Made by a program: the position numbers and the translations under genes. 64,000 bases of DNA, from assembly GCF_009914755.1 (NCBI RefSeq), contig NC_060925.1; one strand, 5' to 3'. The DNA comes from the human T2T-CHM13v2.0 reference genome, Homo sapiens. Below, in pieces: positions 18,240-31,904 of the stretch. Every line of letters begins with the position of its first letter. Position 1 is the first letter of the stretch. The notes beneath the pieces are model-generated. The model had not been told where the DNA came from. It saw nothing but the letters and a program-made list of their open reading frames with translations, and made no database searches.

Positions 18240-19440
18240 TCAGCTATCTTTTTGAAATCTCCATTTGTATGTCTAGTAAGCATCTCAAATTTAATATGTC
18301 CAATAGAATTTTTTATTACAACACCCCTCCAGCCCCTTCCTTCAGAAATGGGATAGTTCCCTTGACCCCTTCGCGGGACTCACAAAGGGATTGACTTGTT
18401 TACTCAGCTCGCAGCTCTCATCCCCTCACGGGACGGGGAGCATGCAGGTGAGTGGGTACAGGGACTGGGACAAGTGCTTCTGGGCATCCGCAGGAGTAGA
18501 ATCCTGTGCAGTCCAGTGGAAGCTTCCTGGGGGGTGGGGGGGAGGGGAGGGGAACCTGTGACCTCCGGAGTCCTAGAGGGCATGTGTTACAGTGTGCTCA
18601 TTTAGCTTTGCCATCCACAGACAACTTAAGTGTTTAACAGATCAGTGGAGGGTCAGGGTGACAGCCTTTTGCACCCGCCCTCTTGGTACCCGAGTACTTG
18701 TCTGGCATCCAGGAAGAATAAGGTCATATGAATGAATTGAAGGGTGGTGAATGTGGAGGATTTTACTGAGCAGTAGAAGTGGCTCTTGGCAGGATGGGGA
18801 GCTGGAAAGCGGATGGAGTGGGAAGGTGGTCTTCTCCTGGAGTTCAGCCGTCCCCTGTGGAACTCTTCTGCGAAGTCCTGCTGTCAAGCTGTTCCTCTGA
18901 AGTCAAGCTGCTTCTCTTTGATGTCCTTCTGCTGCCTCTCTTCTCTCCTCTGCCACTCTGCCACTCTGCTGGTGGGGCTTGGGGTTTTTATGGGTACAGG
19001 ATGGGGAGGTGGGGACAGCCAACATGGTTTTGGAAAAGGCAAATTTGGGCAGGAAAACAGGAATGCATGTTCTCACTTTGGACTGCAGGTCCAGGCTTGA
19101 GAGTGTGGCCCTCGTTGGGGTCTGCCCTCTTCTACCCAGTATTTCCCTGCCTCCTGTCTATATCACTTCCTCACCCTTCCCCAGCTTAATAATAACTGGC
19201 ATCACTACTTATTCACATGCTCAAGCCAAAAAAAGTAGGAATTATCTTTTATTACTTTTATTAATTTTCTGGGTTCAATGAATCATCAAATCTCCTTGTT
19301 TTTCAAAAATATATATGAAATCTGTCTGTTTTTCTTTCCCACCACAACCTCAGTTCAGGTATCCATCATCTCTTGCCTGGACTTTTGCAGTAGTCCTTAA
19401 CTATTTTTCATGTTTCCATTCTTACCTTCCACCTACACAG
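18240..19440 (+). mobile_element. L2 fragment split by the LTR at 18344-19165
   Basis: tgtctagtaagcatctcaaatttaatatgtccaa before the LTR; tgctcaagccaaaa and catcatctcttgcctggacttttgcagtag after it. Confidence 0.7.
18344..19165 (-). mobile_element. ERV1 solo LTR, MER52-like (copy 1)
   Basis: GC-rich 820 bp; minus strand starts tgatatagacaggaggcagggaaatactgggtagaagaggg; 4-bp TSD cttc at 18340-18343 and 19166-19169. Confidence 0.85.
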
Positions 19441-20392
19441 AAGATTCCTGAATCCATTCTCTTCCTAGTAGTCATACTCTTTTTGCCTTATTCCTCTATC
19501 TGGGTCTTTAATTCCCAGCTTCATCTGCATGGCATACTCTTCTTCCATCTTTCTGTAAGTTCCTCTTTTCTTTGTACTTCAGGTCTTGACAGCTGTGTAT
19601 GTTACCTGAAACACATTATAGAAAATGTACATTTGTACATGAGATGAAGATAAATAGGGAGGAAGACCAAAGAGTAGAATTATCTGCTAAGTTGAACAAT
19701 TACAAAATAGTAATCTATCAAATAAAATCTTAAAATAGCTGTATGTAATTTAAGCTTATCATTAATAAGCATCCTAATTTTCCCCTGCTCCTTAAAATTA
19801 CCTATACGACATTGAGCTAAAGCATTTCTTTGTTGGAAAGAAAAAAAATTGAAAACAAAAATGCTTGTGTATTCAGCTCTGCAGGAGGGATATTCAACTG
19901 TATCAGTATTAAAAATCTATCTTTCCAGAAAAGAAGTATGAAGTTAATTTACCTGCTGGTATTACTAATAGTTTAATTAGGTAAACAGCATGAGTTCAAA
20001 ACAATTAATCATCTGCCATAAAAGTCTAATTATTCCTGGCACATTACTGAGCTATTTTTACTGTGTCTGTGAGATAAATATGAATTTTGCGGGTTTTTTT
20101 TCTTTTTCTTATATTTGATAGCTATAGACAATAAATTTAGTTCTTATTTTCTGTTGGACTCTGACTTTTGAAATGTTATTTTGCTAACACATTCAATTGA
20201 CTATATTTACTGTTTTCCTAACTTGATTACTACTTTATTTTACTTCTAGTGAATATATTTTATGTTTTGAAGAAAATATAATATTTCCTATACTTAAATC
20301 ATAAAATTATTTTAAGGATAAATATGTACTTAGTGGGAATTTTTTGTTTAAAGTAAGCCAATTTGCCAAATTTTACATTGTGTAAAAAATAA

Positions 20393-20686
<294 letters not shown>

Positions 20687-21262
20687 TAATGTATGTACCT
20701 TAGCTGCAAAAAAGCAAAATTAAAAAAAAAAGATGTTTTAGCATACAAGATTTTTAGACAGTATAGGACACATAGAACTGACAGCTTTCATGTTGAAGAA
20801 CAATATTGTCTTGATTTCACTGGAATTGTTCATTTGGGTCTATAGCATTCTGTCCAAATTGCAGAAATTGATTGTTATGGCATACCCACGATTTTCATGC
20901 TCATATGTTATAACAGAATAGTTTTTAAAAATCTTGTTTGAACAGTTTGGTTGTTTGCATGCTTCCAGTGTTTAGACTTTTAAAAAACGATTTGAAAAAA
21001 TATGATATTGAAGTGTACTTTGATTTTCTTTAATTTAAATAAATAATAGTCATATATTTATTAATCAGATGTATTAATGTAATACAGTTTACAAAGAAAT
21101 TTTATGTATATTCTCTTAGTTGAGCCATACACAAAACTAGTGATATAGTCAGGGAAGTTATTAATGATCTCGTTCAGCAGAAGAGGAAACCAAAGATTAT
21201 AGAGGTAACTGATTAGTTTAAAAAGTGGCATATCTGTCAGCATTATGTGTGTTCCTATTGCC

Positions 21263-21468
21263 CAGTTTTGCCCATGTAATTTTCTGTGATTATGGAAATG
21301 TTTGATGTTGGCACTGTCTACACATGTAGCCATTTAGCTACATGTGGCTGTTGAGCACTTGAAATCATGGCTCATGTGACTGAGGAACTAAATTTTTAAT
21401 TTTATTTAATTTTAATTTACGTAACCATGTGTCACTAGTGACTATAATATTGGACAGTGTACCCTAGA
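21263..21468. mobile_element. MER3 (hAT-Charlie) DNA transposon
   Basis: ctacatgtggctgttgagcacttgaaat...gtgactgaggaactaaatttttaattttatttaattttaattt...atattggacagtg. Confidence 0.8.
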
Positions 21469-22385
21469 CTCAAACATATGAATAAAAGCAATTTGAATTC
21501 CTGGAAGAAAAATTAGAGAATACTTACCTTTCAATGTACAGCATATGTTTTGAGCAATTGAATATTCTTACATTAGAATTGTGAGATTAAATAAATTTCC
21601 ATATCTCTTTTTATGTTGAATAGTAAGATCATTGTTTTTGCATATTGTATTAACTTACTGCTTAATATTCAGCACAATTATAAACTTTTTTAGTTTACTA
21701 TACTTTGAGATATATATTACTATTATAATTTTAGGTATTCTGGTGAGTTCAAGGATAAAAAACATGGAGTGTAATTGTGAAAATTTGTTTATGTATTTGA
21801 AAATATATCAGTTTGCCAAGAGTGAATCAATTTCATATTAATAATGACACCATACTTGATAGTAGTAATCATGAAATTTTGTATAAAAATTACATTTTTT
21901 AAAGAAATGTATGCATGTAACTTTTTGTCTCATAAAGTACTGTGACAAAAGTACTACAACTTTACTGTGGATTTACTCAGAAAAATGTATGTCAATTTCA
22001 CACTGAGATTAAGGTGAAGCATGTTGAAAGTAAAACTTTTATCTTTTACATTTTTTATTTCTAAATCTATTATTAAATTATTAAAATCAGAAGTGATGAG
22101 ATTAGCTTCTAGTTCCAATTAAGATGGAGTAAGTAAATGCACATCACTCTATTCCTCCCACTGATTATGCCTAAAAAAGATTCTGAACAGAATACATAAA
22201 GTAGCTGTAGAAAGACTTTGAAAAGTAAATATAGCAGGAAGATTGGAAAGGGAAATCAAAACTTGAAAAGAGACAAATACAGTAGTGAATTTCCTGCTTT
22301 TAGCAATTTCTTCCTACATCCTCCAGCTTAGACTCAAGGCAGTCAGAATTCCAGAACTGTACAGTGGATTCAGACAGAAAATGCT

Positions 22386-22645
22386 GTGGCTCACGCCTGT
22401 AATCCCAGCACTTTGGGAGGCCCAGGCAGGCAGATCACGAGGTCAGGAGATGGAGACCATCCTGGCTAACAGGGTGAAACCCCATCTCTACTAAAAATAC
22501 AAACAATTAGCTGGGTGTGGTGGCGGGCACCTGTAGTCCCAGCTGCTGGGGAGGCTGATGGCATGAACCTGGGAGGCGGAGCTTGCAGTGAGCCAAGATC
22601 GTGCCATTGCACTCCAGCCTAGGCAACAGAGCGAGACTCCGTCTC

Positions 22646-22670
<25 letters not shown>
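22386..22670 (+). mobile_element. Alu (AluY-like), first ~10 bases missing
   Basis: gatcacgaggtcaggagatggagaccatcctggctaac; ggcatgaacctgggaggcggagcttgcagtgagc; A tail. Confidence 0.93.
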
Positions 22671-22676
<6 letters not shown>

Positions 22677-23531
22677 CTCTCTTTCTCTAATGAGAGACCC
22701 TGTAAGGAAATCCCTGGTGACAAGGAAAAAAATCAATGAAATTCCATTTGTTTGTTTGTTTTCTGGTCCTGCTTTGAGACAAGATATACTCCTAAAACTG
22801 CACTCCTGTGTCAGTGGCAGTAGCAACAATGACCAAACAAGTACCTCAAATTATGAGAAAGAGTGGAGACAACCCAGAAAAGAGTCAGTGAATTAGAACA
22901 GAAGATCAGGAGAAATTGTCTATTGTAAACAACAGGAAAACATTTGTTTAATAAAGGGAAAAGAGCCTTAAGAATCTGTAAAACAATATAAAAATGTCTA
23001 ACCCTACAGGTCTTTGAAATCACAGTAGAAGAGGAAAGAGATTGCTGCAGAAATTTCTAAAAAAATTGAATATGTAATGGCTGAAAACTTCTCAAATTTC
23101 GCAACTGACATAAATTTACAGATTGAAGAAGCTTAGTGAATGCCAAGAAAACAACATCCAAAGATATAACCAAATTACTGGAAACCAAAGAGATAATTCA
23201 TCAACAGCAATGCTGCTTTAAAAGAAATGCTAAGGAAAGTTATTTAAACAGAAAATAAGTGATACCAGAGAGAAACTTGGAACTTCATGAAGGAAAGGAA
23301 AGCAACAAAAATAATAAATATCTGGATAAATATAATAAATTGTTTTTTCTCCTCTTAAGTTCATTAAGATATGTATAATGGTAGAAATAAAAAGTTAACA
23401 ATATTGTCTGTTGGGGTTTCCAATGTGTATAGGTCGGAAACAACTAATAATATGAAGGAGAAGACTTTAAAGAGAACCAAATGTCTGTAAGGTTTATAAG
23501 TTACCCATGAAGTGATAAAATTTTAATTCTA

Positions 23532-23814
<283 letters not shown>

Positions 23815-25968
23815 TTAATTCTAAGTAGACTTTGAAAAATGAAGTACATATACTGAAATCTCTAGAACAACATCAAAAAAAGGGAAAAAAGCAACTCTGC
23901 AAATTTGCAGATGTTCAAGTAATTCAAAAGAAGGCAGAGAATGAGAAATGGAAGTGAAAAACAGAGAGAAGAGACTCCATTTTCAGCAGTGACATGTAAA
24001 GAACCTAGAATCTACCACTAGCATTCTTACAAGATAAAGCTAAAAAATTGAGAATCAGTGTTTTGTTGTTTTCTTCCCCCCATCAGAGAACTGAGATTGC
24101 AGGGCAACCACTAGCCTGAAATCTGGAGAGAAAAGCAAATCCAGAGACTCATGGCCGAGATCTGCTTACTTAGAGCCAAAGCCACTGGAGCCATAAATTG
24201 GTGGGAACATTTAAATGATAGTTTTGACAAACTGCTGGAGGCTGAGTGTGGACTAACATGGGAGTGTGACACCTCTGGGAGCAGCAGTCTTAGGGAGGCC
24301 CCCACACTTTCATGGGTTTTGCTTCTATGTATTTTATCAGGTACTTCATATTCTGATGAAGATCCTGGAAAAGGTCCCCTCGTAGTTCTTGCAGAGAGAG
24401 GGAGGGTAATCATTATGAAATATACCCAGAGTATTCTCCAACAAAGGTCTACTCTGTAGGGGAAAATATATTATTAGACCCCTATCCTGGTTTGGGGAGG
24501 GCATTTCTCCCACTTCAGCTCACTCTAGCCTTCCTGTGTCGGTTTCAGTGGGGGAAAATGTATACCACTGGAGAAAAGCCCATGAAGGTCACAGCTCAGA
24601 GAAAATAGGCAAAGTAAAAAATAAAGGTTTAATCCTAAAATTATAGACTGTATTTCATTCCCCATACCTTACTACCATACCAACAGAGCTCTGGTATAAT
24701 AACAATGCATTTCAGCTGGAAGAGTTGCAAGAATGGACTCTTTTTCTGAGGAATAGTACTGAGATAAGCTCAAAGTCAATGGATGAGACAAACATAAGGA
24801 TACTAGAGGAACTTGAAGTTTCTGACATCTATAGCAAACATTAAACACAGCTTACCTCCTGGCCAGATTAACAAATCCACATCATATGTTTACCTTTGTT
24901 CTTATTACTCAATGCAACATGGTGAACTTTCAACAAAAAAAATTAGAAGGCACACCTAAAGGCAAGAAAAAACAGTCTGTAGAGATAAAGCAGGAATCAG
25001 AACCAGACTCAGATGTTACAGATATGCGAATTATCAGCTAAGGAATATAAAAAAACCATGATTAATATGTTAAGGGCCATAATGGAAAAAATAGACATCA
25101 TGTAAGAGCACAGGAGATACATAAAGCAGAGAGACACTAAGAAAAGATCAAAAGGAAATGCTAGGCATAAAAAACACTATAACAGAAATGAAGAATGCCA
25201 TTGATAGGCTTATCAATAGAATGGGCACTGCTGGGGAAAGAATCAGTGAGGCAAAAATAGGTCAATAGGAACTCCCTAAAGTGAAATATAAAGAGAAAAA
25301 ATAATGAGAAAACAAAAACAGAGCATCCAAGAATGGTGGGACATTTTAAAAAGGTATATGATTTATCTATCATTGGAATACCAGAAGAAGAAGGAAGAAA
25401 AAAGAAGAAATATGTGAAGTAATAATGGCCAAGAATGTTACAAAATCAATGACAGACTTTAAAATATAGATCCAGGAACCTCAGAAAATATCAAGCAGAA
25501 TGAATGATAAAGTAAGTAAACCGTGCACATTATATTTAAAAACTGCAGAAAACCAAAAACTAAGAGAAAATCTTGGAAGAAGCAAGAGCTTGGAGGGGAA
25601 AATAAAAACTTACCTATAGAAGAACAGAATAAGAATTATGGCAGACTTCTCATCACCATGCAAGCAAGAAAAGAGTAGAGTAAAATATTTTAAAAGTTGA
25701 AAGAAAAAAAATACCAACTGACCTATAATTATATATCTGTGAAATTAACCTTCAAAACTGAAGGACAAATAAAATAAATACCTTCTCAAACAAATACTAA
25801 GGTTATTCATTGCCAACAGACCTGAAACTCAGATCTACATAAAGAAAGGAAAATAATGATAAAAGGAAAAAAATGAAGGTAAAATAAGGATCTTTTATTT
25901 TTCTTATTCCTCATTGATCTAAAAGAAACTGTATAAAGTAACAGTAGGAACAACATGCTGGGTGATAA

Positions 25969-26855
25969 TGAAACAGGAAGTTTTCCCTGATGCCTTCGTG
26001 GTGGTGGGGGAATTGGAGTGCTGGTGCTGGAGCTAGTTGGCGGCTTTGGTCAGCTTCACTTGGCTTTACTCTGCTTCACTTGGCTTTACTCGGCTTCACT
26101 CGCTCAGATCTGCTGCCCTCTACCCCTTGCGGGAGGGGGAGCACAGCTGAGCCAGTGCAGGAGCCAAGACGAGTGCTTCTGGGCACTGCCAGGAGCCAAA
26201 CTCCATGCGGGCCATGGCAACACCTAGTGAGGGAGTACCTGCAACCCCTCAAAGCCCCAGAAGTAATGTTACAGTCAGTACTCTTTTAGCTTTGCCATCC
26301 ATGGATGGCTTAAGTGTTTAACAGTTCAGTGGACCCTTTGCCTGTTCACAAGTTCAGAGAGTGTGATAGCCTTGTGTATCCTGAGCTCTTGTCCTGCGTA
26401 CAGGAAAGATTAGGTTGCATGAATGAATTGAAGGACAGTAAGTGTGGGGGATTTTATTGCTGATGGAAGTGGCTCTCAGCGGGAAAGGGAGCTGGAAAGA
26501 GGATGGAGTGGGAAAGTAGTCTCCCCTTGAAGTCTCTCTGGCTAGACTCTTCTCCAAAGTCCCACTGTCAAGCCATTCCTCTGAAGTCAAGCTGCTTCTC
26601 TCCAACGTTCAGCTGCTGTTTCTCCTCTCCATGTTTGGCTGCTTCTCCTTCTCTGCCAGCTGGGTCAGGGGTTTTTATGGGTATAGGATTTGGGGCAGGG
26701 CAGGCCATGGGTGGTTTTGGAAAAGGCAACATTCAAGTGAGAAAACAGGAATGTATGTTCTCACTTTGGGCCGTGCTTCCAGGCTTGAGGATGGGGCCTT
26801 CGCTGGGGACCCTGCCCTTTTCTGCCTAGAATTTTTCTGCCTCCTGTTCCTACCA
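25969..26855 (-). mobile_element. ERV1 solo LTR, MER52-like (copy 2)
   Basis: TG...CA termini; homologous to 18344-19165 (shared cctctgaagtcaagctgcttctct, aaaacaggaatg.atgttctcacttt); 4-bp TSD ataa at 25965-25968 and 26856-26859. Confidence 0.88.
26041..26100 (+). repeat. 10-bp-period tandem repeat (cggcttcact-like) x6 inside LTR copy 2
   Basis: cggctttggt cagcttcact tggctttact ctgcttcact tggctttact cggcttcact. Confidence 0.8.
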
Positions 26856-27282
26856 ATAATACCATATGGATAAGGGAAATGAATGACTGCAATGTTAAAA
26901 GAGATAGGAGAAAGTATTTGGGAATACTCTATTACAAAGTACCTGTACTGCAAAGAAAACAGTGTAGTGTTATTTGAAGGTGGACTTAGATTAGTTAAAA
27001 ATGAATACTGCAAACTGCGGGACAACTAAAAAGGATTCTAAAGAGAGATATAAGTGAAATGTTAAGAGATAAGATTAAATAGAATCATAAAATGTTCATT
27101 TAAAACCAGAAGAAGAAGAAAAATAGGACGGGGAAGAAAGAATAAAGTCAACAGTTAGAAACAGTTACAAACAAGGTGGAATATAACTATGTCAGTAGTC
27201 ACTTTAAATGTGAATGGTGTAAACATCCATTAAAAGACAGTTCAGAGTGGATAAAAAACGAAACTTAGTTTAGAAAAGCAAG

Positions 27283-27446
27283 ACTTCCTCCCATCTCTTA
27301 TGACATGGCAGTTATTCATTTTCCTTGTCCATATTGAAATTATCACCCAGTATGTTGTTACTATTGTTACTTTAAACAGTTTCCTTTAGATCAGTGGGGA
27401 ATATGAAAAATAAAAGATTCTTATTTTACTTTCATCTTTTCTTTTA
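27283..27446 (-). repeat. Inverted copy of nearby L1 sequence (25858-25968 joined to 26860-26915)
   Basis: Its reverse complement aligns colinearly across the LTR insertion point. Confidence 0.85.
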
Positions 27447-28947
27447 TGATTTTTTAAGGCAAGCTATGCATTGTCTGTAAGAAACTCACTTTAAATATAA
27501 AGAATAGGTAAGGTAAAAAGGAGCGAGATGGAGAAAGATATACCATATAATCACTAACCAAAAGGAAGCTGAAGTAGCTGTATACATTTCAGAGAAAACA
27601 AACTTCAGAGCAATAAACATCAGGGATTTAAAAAGGTTGGGGGAGCATTACATACGTATTTGGCAGTCAATTCTCCAAAAAGTCTTATCAATCCTAAATA
27701 TATGAACTTAACAACAAAGTATCAAAATACTTGAAGCAAAAGCTGACAGAAGTGAAATGAAAAACAGCCAACTCCACTATTATAGTTGAAGACTTCAACA
27801 CTCTTCTTTCAATAATTGATATAGATTAAGCAGGCAGAAAATCAGTGTAAGTAGGTAATTGACCTGAGCAGTACTATCAATTTGATGTAATTAGCATTCA
27901 TTAAATGCTCCATTTAACAAGAGCAAAATATACATTTTTTTCTTCAGCTTATAGGAGCATTTACCAAGATAGACCACATTCTTGGCCATAAACCACATTT
28001 AACAAATCTTTTAAGATAGTAATCATGCAAAGTATGTTCTTAGACTACAGTGGAATTAAACTAGAAATCAGTAACAGGAAGAAAGCTGGAAATTAGTTAA
28101 AGAACATATTTCTAAATAACACATGGGTCAAAGAAGCCTCCAGAGAAATTTTAAAATATTTTAAGCTAAATGATAATCAGAGTACAGTTTATCAATTTTT
28201 TTTTGCAATTTAGTAAAGGCAGTGCTTAGGGGAAATTTATAGCCTTAAATGCAGGTTCTAGAAAAGAAGAAAGATCTAAAATCAGTAATAAAAAGTTCTA
28301 CCTTAGAAAACTAGAGAAAGAAGAGCAATTTAAGCCCAATGCAAGCAAAAGAAAAGAAATAATAAAAATTAGAGCAGAAATCATTGAAATGGAAAACAAT
28401 AAATTCAACAAAACTAAAAGTTATTTGAAAAAAATAAATAAAATTGATAAAATTCTAGCCAGGATAAGGAAGAATAAAAGAAGATAGAAATTACCAATAT
28501 CAGAAATGAAAGATGGATCTTCTTCACTGAAGCATCCATGGGCATTAAAAAGATAATAAAGGAATACTATGAAAAACTTTATGCCCCAAAATTTGATAAA
28601 TGAAATGGACCAATTCCTACAAACTATCAAAACTTACACAAGTGTAAATAAATCTGAATGCTTCTATAGCTTTTAAAAATTGAATCGATTATTTAAAAAT
28701 TATAATTAATAATTTTCAGAAAAAGAAAGAATCAGGACCAGATGAATTCACTGGTGAAATATACAAAATAAAAATCAGTTCTAAGATAACAAACAACCCT
28801 ATTAAAAAGTAGGCAAAAATCTGAATAGCCATCTTATTAAAGATATAGATGTCAAATAAGTATATGAAAAGATATTCAATATTATTTGTCAAATTGCAAA
28901 TTAAAAACAATGAGATACCACTGTACACTTACTAGAACGGCCAAAAC

Positions 28948-28976
<29 letters not shown>
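28948..28976 (+). repeat. (CA)14 microsatellite
   Basis: Uninterrupted ca run. Confidence 0.97.
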
Positions 28977-28980
<4 letters not shown>

Positions 28981-29280
28981 TCTGACTGCCGATTGGTGAC
29001 AAAGATGCAGAGCAACATAAACTCTTTTTCGTTGCTGGTGGTAATGAAAATGGCACAACCACTTTGGAAGACAGTTTGGCAATTTCTTGAAAAATTAAAT
29101 ATAGTTTTACCACACAATCCAGCAATCACACTTGTAGGTATTTAACCGATTTAAAAACAATATCCACACAAAAACCTGCACATGAAAACTGCACATTATA
29201 GCTTCCTTCATAATTGCCAAAAACTGGGAGCAACCAAAATGTCCTTCAGTAGGTGAATGGATAAACTGTGATATATCCAT

Positions 29281-29653
29281 TGACATGGCTAGGCTTTGTG
29301 TCACCACCCAAATCTCATCATGAATTGTAATCCCCATAATCGCCATGTGTCAAAGAAGAAACCAGGTGGAGGTAATTGAATCATGGAGGTGTTTTCCTCC
29401 ATGCTGTACTCATGATAGTGAGTTTTCACAAAATCTGATCTTTTTATAAGGGGCTCTTCCCCTTTTTGCTTGGCACTTCTTCCTGCCACCTTGTGAAGAA
29501 GGTGCCTTGGTTCCTCTTCACCTTCTGGGGTGATTGTAAGTTTCCCGAGGCCTACCCAGCCATGCTGACCTGTGAGTCAATCAAACCCCTTTCCTTTATA
29601 AATTACCCAGCCTCAAACAGTTCCTTATAGCAGCATGAAAACAGACTAATACA
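29281..29653 (+). mobile_element. THE1 (THE1C/D-like) MaLR solo LTR
   Basis: tgacatggctaggctttgtgtcaccacccaaatctcatc...acagactaataca; 5-bp TSD tccat at 29276-29280 and 29654-29658. Confidence 0.92.
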
Positions 29654-31825
29654 TCCATATGATCAAATATTATTGAATTATATAAAAGAGCTATAAAGCC
29701 GTAAAAAGACATGGATAAATTTTAAATACATATTACTAAGTGATAAAAACACTGAAAAGTCTGTATACTTTATAATTGCAATTATATGACATTCTGGAAA
29801 AGGCAAAACTCACCAGTGGTAAAAAATATCATTAGGTGCCAAGGTTCAGGGAAACACAAGGGATTAATTAGGGTTGTGAAATTATTGGATACATGGCATT
29901 ATGCATTTGTCCAAATCCACAGCACTTACAGCACAAAGAACAAGTCTTAATGTACGCAAACTTTAAAAAAACTCATTTAGAAGGTTGATGGATCTGAGGA
30001 TGGAATGCAGGAGGTGAAAAAATAATATAACTGTAGTACAAATGTATGAAACAACCTACTGAAGCAAATGGAGTTGAAATGTGTTGACTTAAGTTACCTT
30101 GAAAATAAGTGGAGTCCGTAAGACTGGAGGCAAAAGAGTACTGTAGTCTAGTTGATAAAGTTATTTTCCATGGGAATAAAGTTGTTAACCTACCTACCAG
30201 GTTAACAATTCTGATATTTCTATATGTATATACTGAAATTGAACAAGTAAATAAGTTGATAGTGGATGGTGGGAGCCAGGTTTCTCTCTATTTGAGTAGG
30301 ATTTACAGATAAGCAAGGGGAGGCAGCTAGAAGAAATCATGTAGTAATGCATTAGAGTTGGAAACCAGAATGAACTCATGCTTTGCTTATAGACACAGTT
30401 ACATATGGAAATACTTATCGATAAGGGAATAGGCAAATGTTAGTATACACGTATATTTCCTTGCTCTCAGAAAAGAGGGCCTAGAAGCAACAACACCCCA
30501 GTAGATGAATGTACCCACTTGCCAGATCTTGATTTCTAAGACCATTCTCCAGTAAAAGGAACTAAGGCTCCTTGGAGAAATGGATGATTCTAAAAGGGCT
30601 GGGGCAGGAAATACACAAAGTGAGCATGGGGCATCTTGCAGTGCTAGAAAGTAAGGATGTGCTCAAACACATACACAGGTGTACACACATGCACACATAC
30701 ACAGTGATGGAGGTATATCAAAGGGACATAGGAGGAAGTTGATGGAGCTTCCCATGGTCAAAATGGAATAATTTGACCAACAAAATAAATAATGTAATGT
30801 TGTATAAATGCTACAGGCATTAAAAGAGTAATGTGTACATTAGAAACAACTTTATTACACAAAGTTGACAACTTAGTTGAAATAGACCATTTCTTGAAAG
30901 ATGCAAACTACTAATATTCATTCGAGATGAAATTGATAACTCAGTAATACTCTGTTTATTGAAGACATTGTATTAGTATTTGTAATCTTCAAAAAAAATC
31001 AAAAACAAAAACGAAAAACAAAACACTGCCCCAGATAGTTCTGGGAAATTCTACAAAACATTTAAAGAAGAAATGATACCAATTCTCACAGTTTCTTCTG
31101 GAAAAATATAAGACAGAATACTTCTCAACTTATTTTGTGAAGCCAATCTTAACCTGCTACCAAAATCATGCAAAGATGGCACATGAAAATAAAACTACCA
31201 AGCAATGTATCTTTATGAACACAAACAGAAAAATCCTCAGTAAAATATTAGTAAGTTGAATCCAGCAATATATACAAGGAATATTACACCAAGACCAAAA
31301 GGGGTTCATTCTGATAATTCAAAGCTGGTTCAATATTTGAAAATTAATCTGTGCAACCCACCATATTAGTAGACTAAAAGGTAAAAACCACATGATTTTA
31401 TCAACAAATGCTGAAAACACATTAGGTAAAATTCAGCATCCTCCTAAGATAACTCTTCACTAACCCAGGAAAAAAAAAGGAAACTTTGTTATCTCAATAA
31501 GGGGCATCTACAAAACAGTGTCTACAGCTAACATTTTAGTAGTTAATGATGAAAAACTGAATGCTTTCTTCCTAAGACTTGGAATAAGGCAAGAATGTTC
31601 ATTGTCACCACCTTGTTCAACATTGCACTGTAATTCTTGACCAATGCAATAAGGCAAGACAAATAAATAAAAGGCATACAGATTAGAAATAAATAGTTCC
31701 TGTTGAAAGACGACATGACTGCCTACATAGAAAATTGCAAGAAATCTATAAAAAGAAAGTCTCCTAAAACTGAGTTTAGCAACAATAATATATAAAAATA
31801 ATATATAGTAGCAATGCACAATGTA

Positions 31826-31904
31826 TTAGTTTGGTACAAAAGTAATAGAGGTTTTTGCCATTGAAAGTAATGGTGAAAACCACAATTACTGTGTACCCAT
31901 CTAA
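31826..31904. mobile_element. MADE1 (Hsmar1-derived MITE)
   Basis: ~80-bp imperfect palindrome ttagtttggtacaaaagtaat...gccattgaaagtaatggtgaaaaccacaattac...ctaa, flanked by TA on both sides. Confidence 0.85.

Larger units (their letters stand above)
23965..30800 (+). mobile_element. Old L1M (L1MD-like): 5' region, ORF1, partial ORF2, long 3'UTR; hosts a MER52-like LTR, a THE1 LTR, (CA)n and an inverted fragment
   Basis: aacagaaatgaagaatgcc (ORF1), gaagacttcaacactc and ccaagatagaccacattcttggccataa (ORF2 endonuclease), atatgacattctggaaaaggcaaaact (3'UTR). Confidence 0.8.

Noticed and set aside
18396-19281. Cluster of overlapping 69-136 aa ORFs (and the similar set at 25990-27025)
   Set aside because: They lie in GC-rich LTRs where stops are rarer; no recognisable protein family
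24111-24459. Antiparallel 100 and 102 aa ORFs
   Set aside because: Inside the 5' region of an old L1; no recognisable domain or splice context
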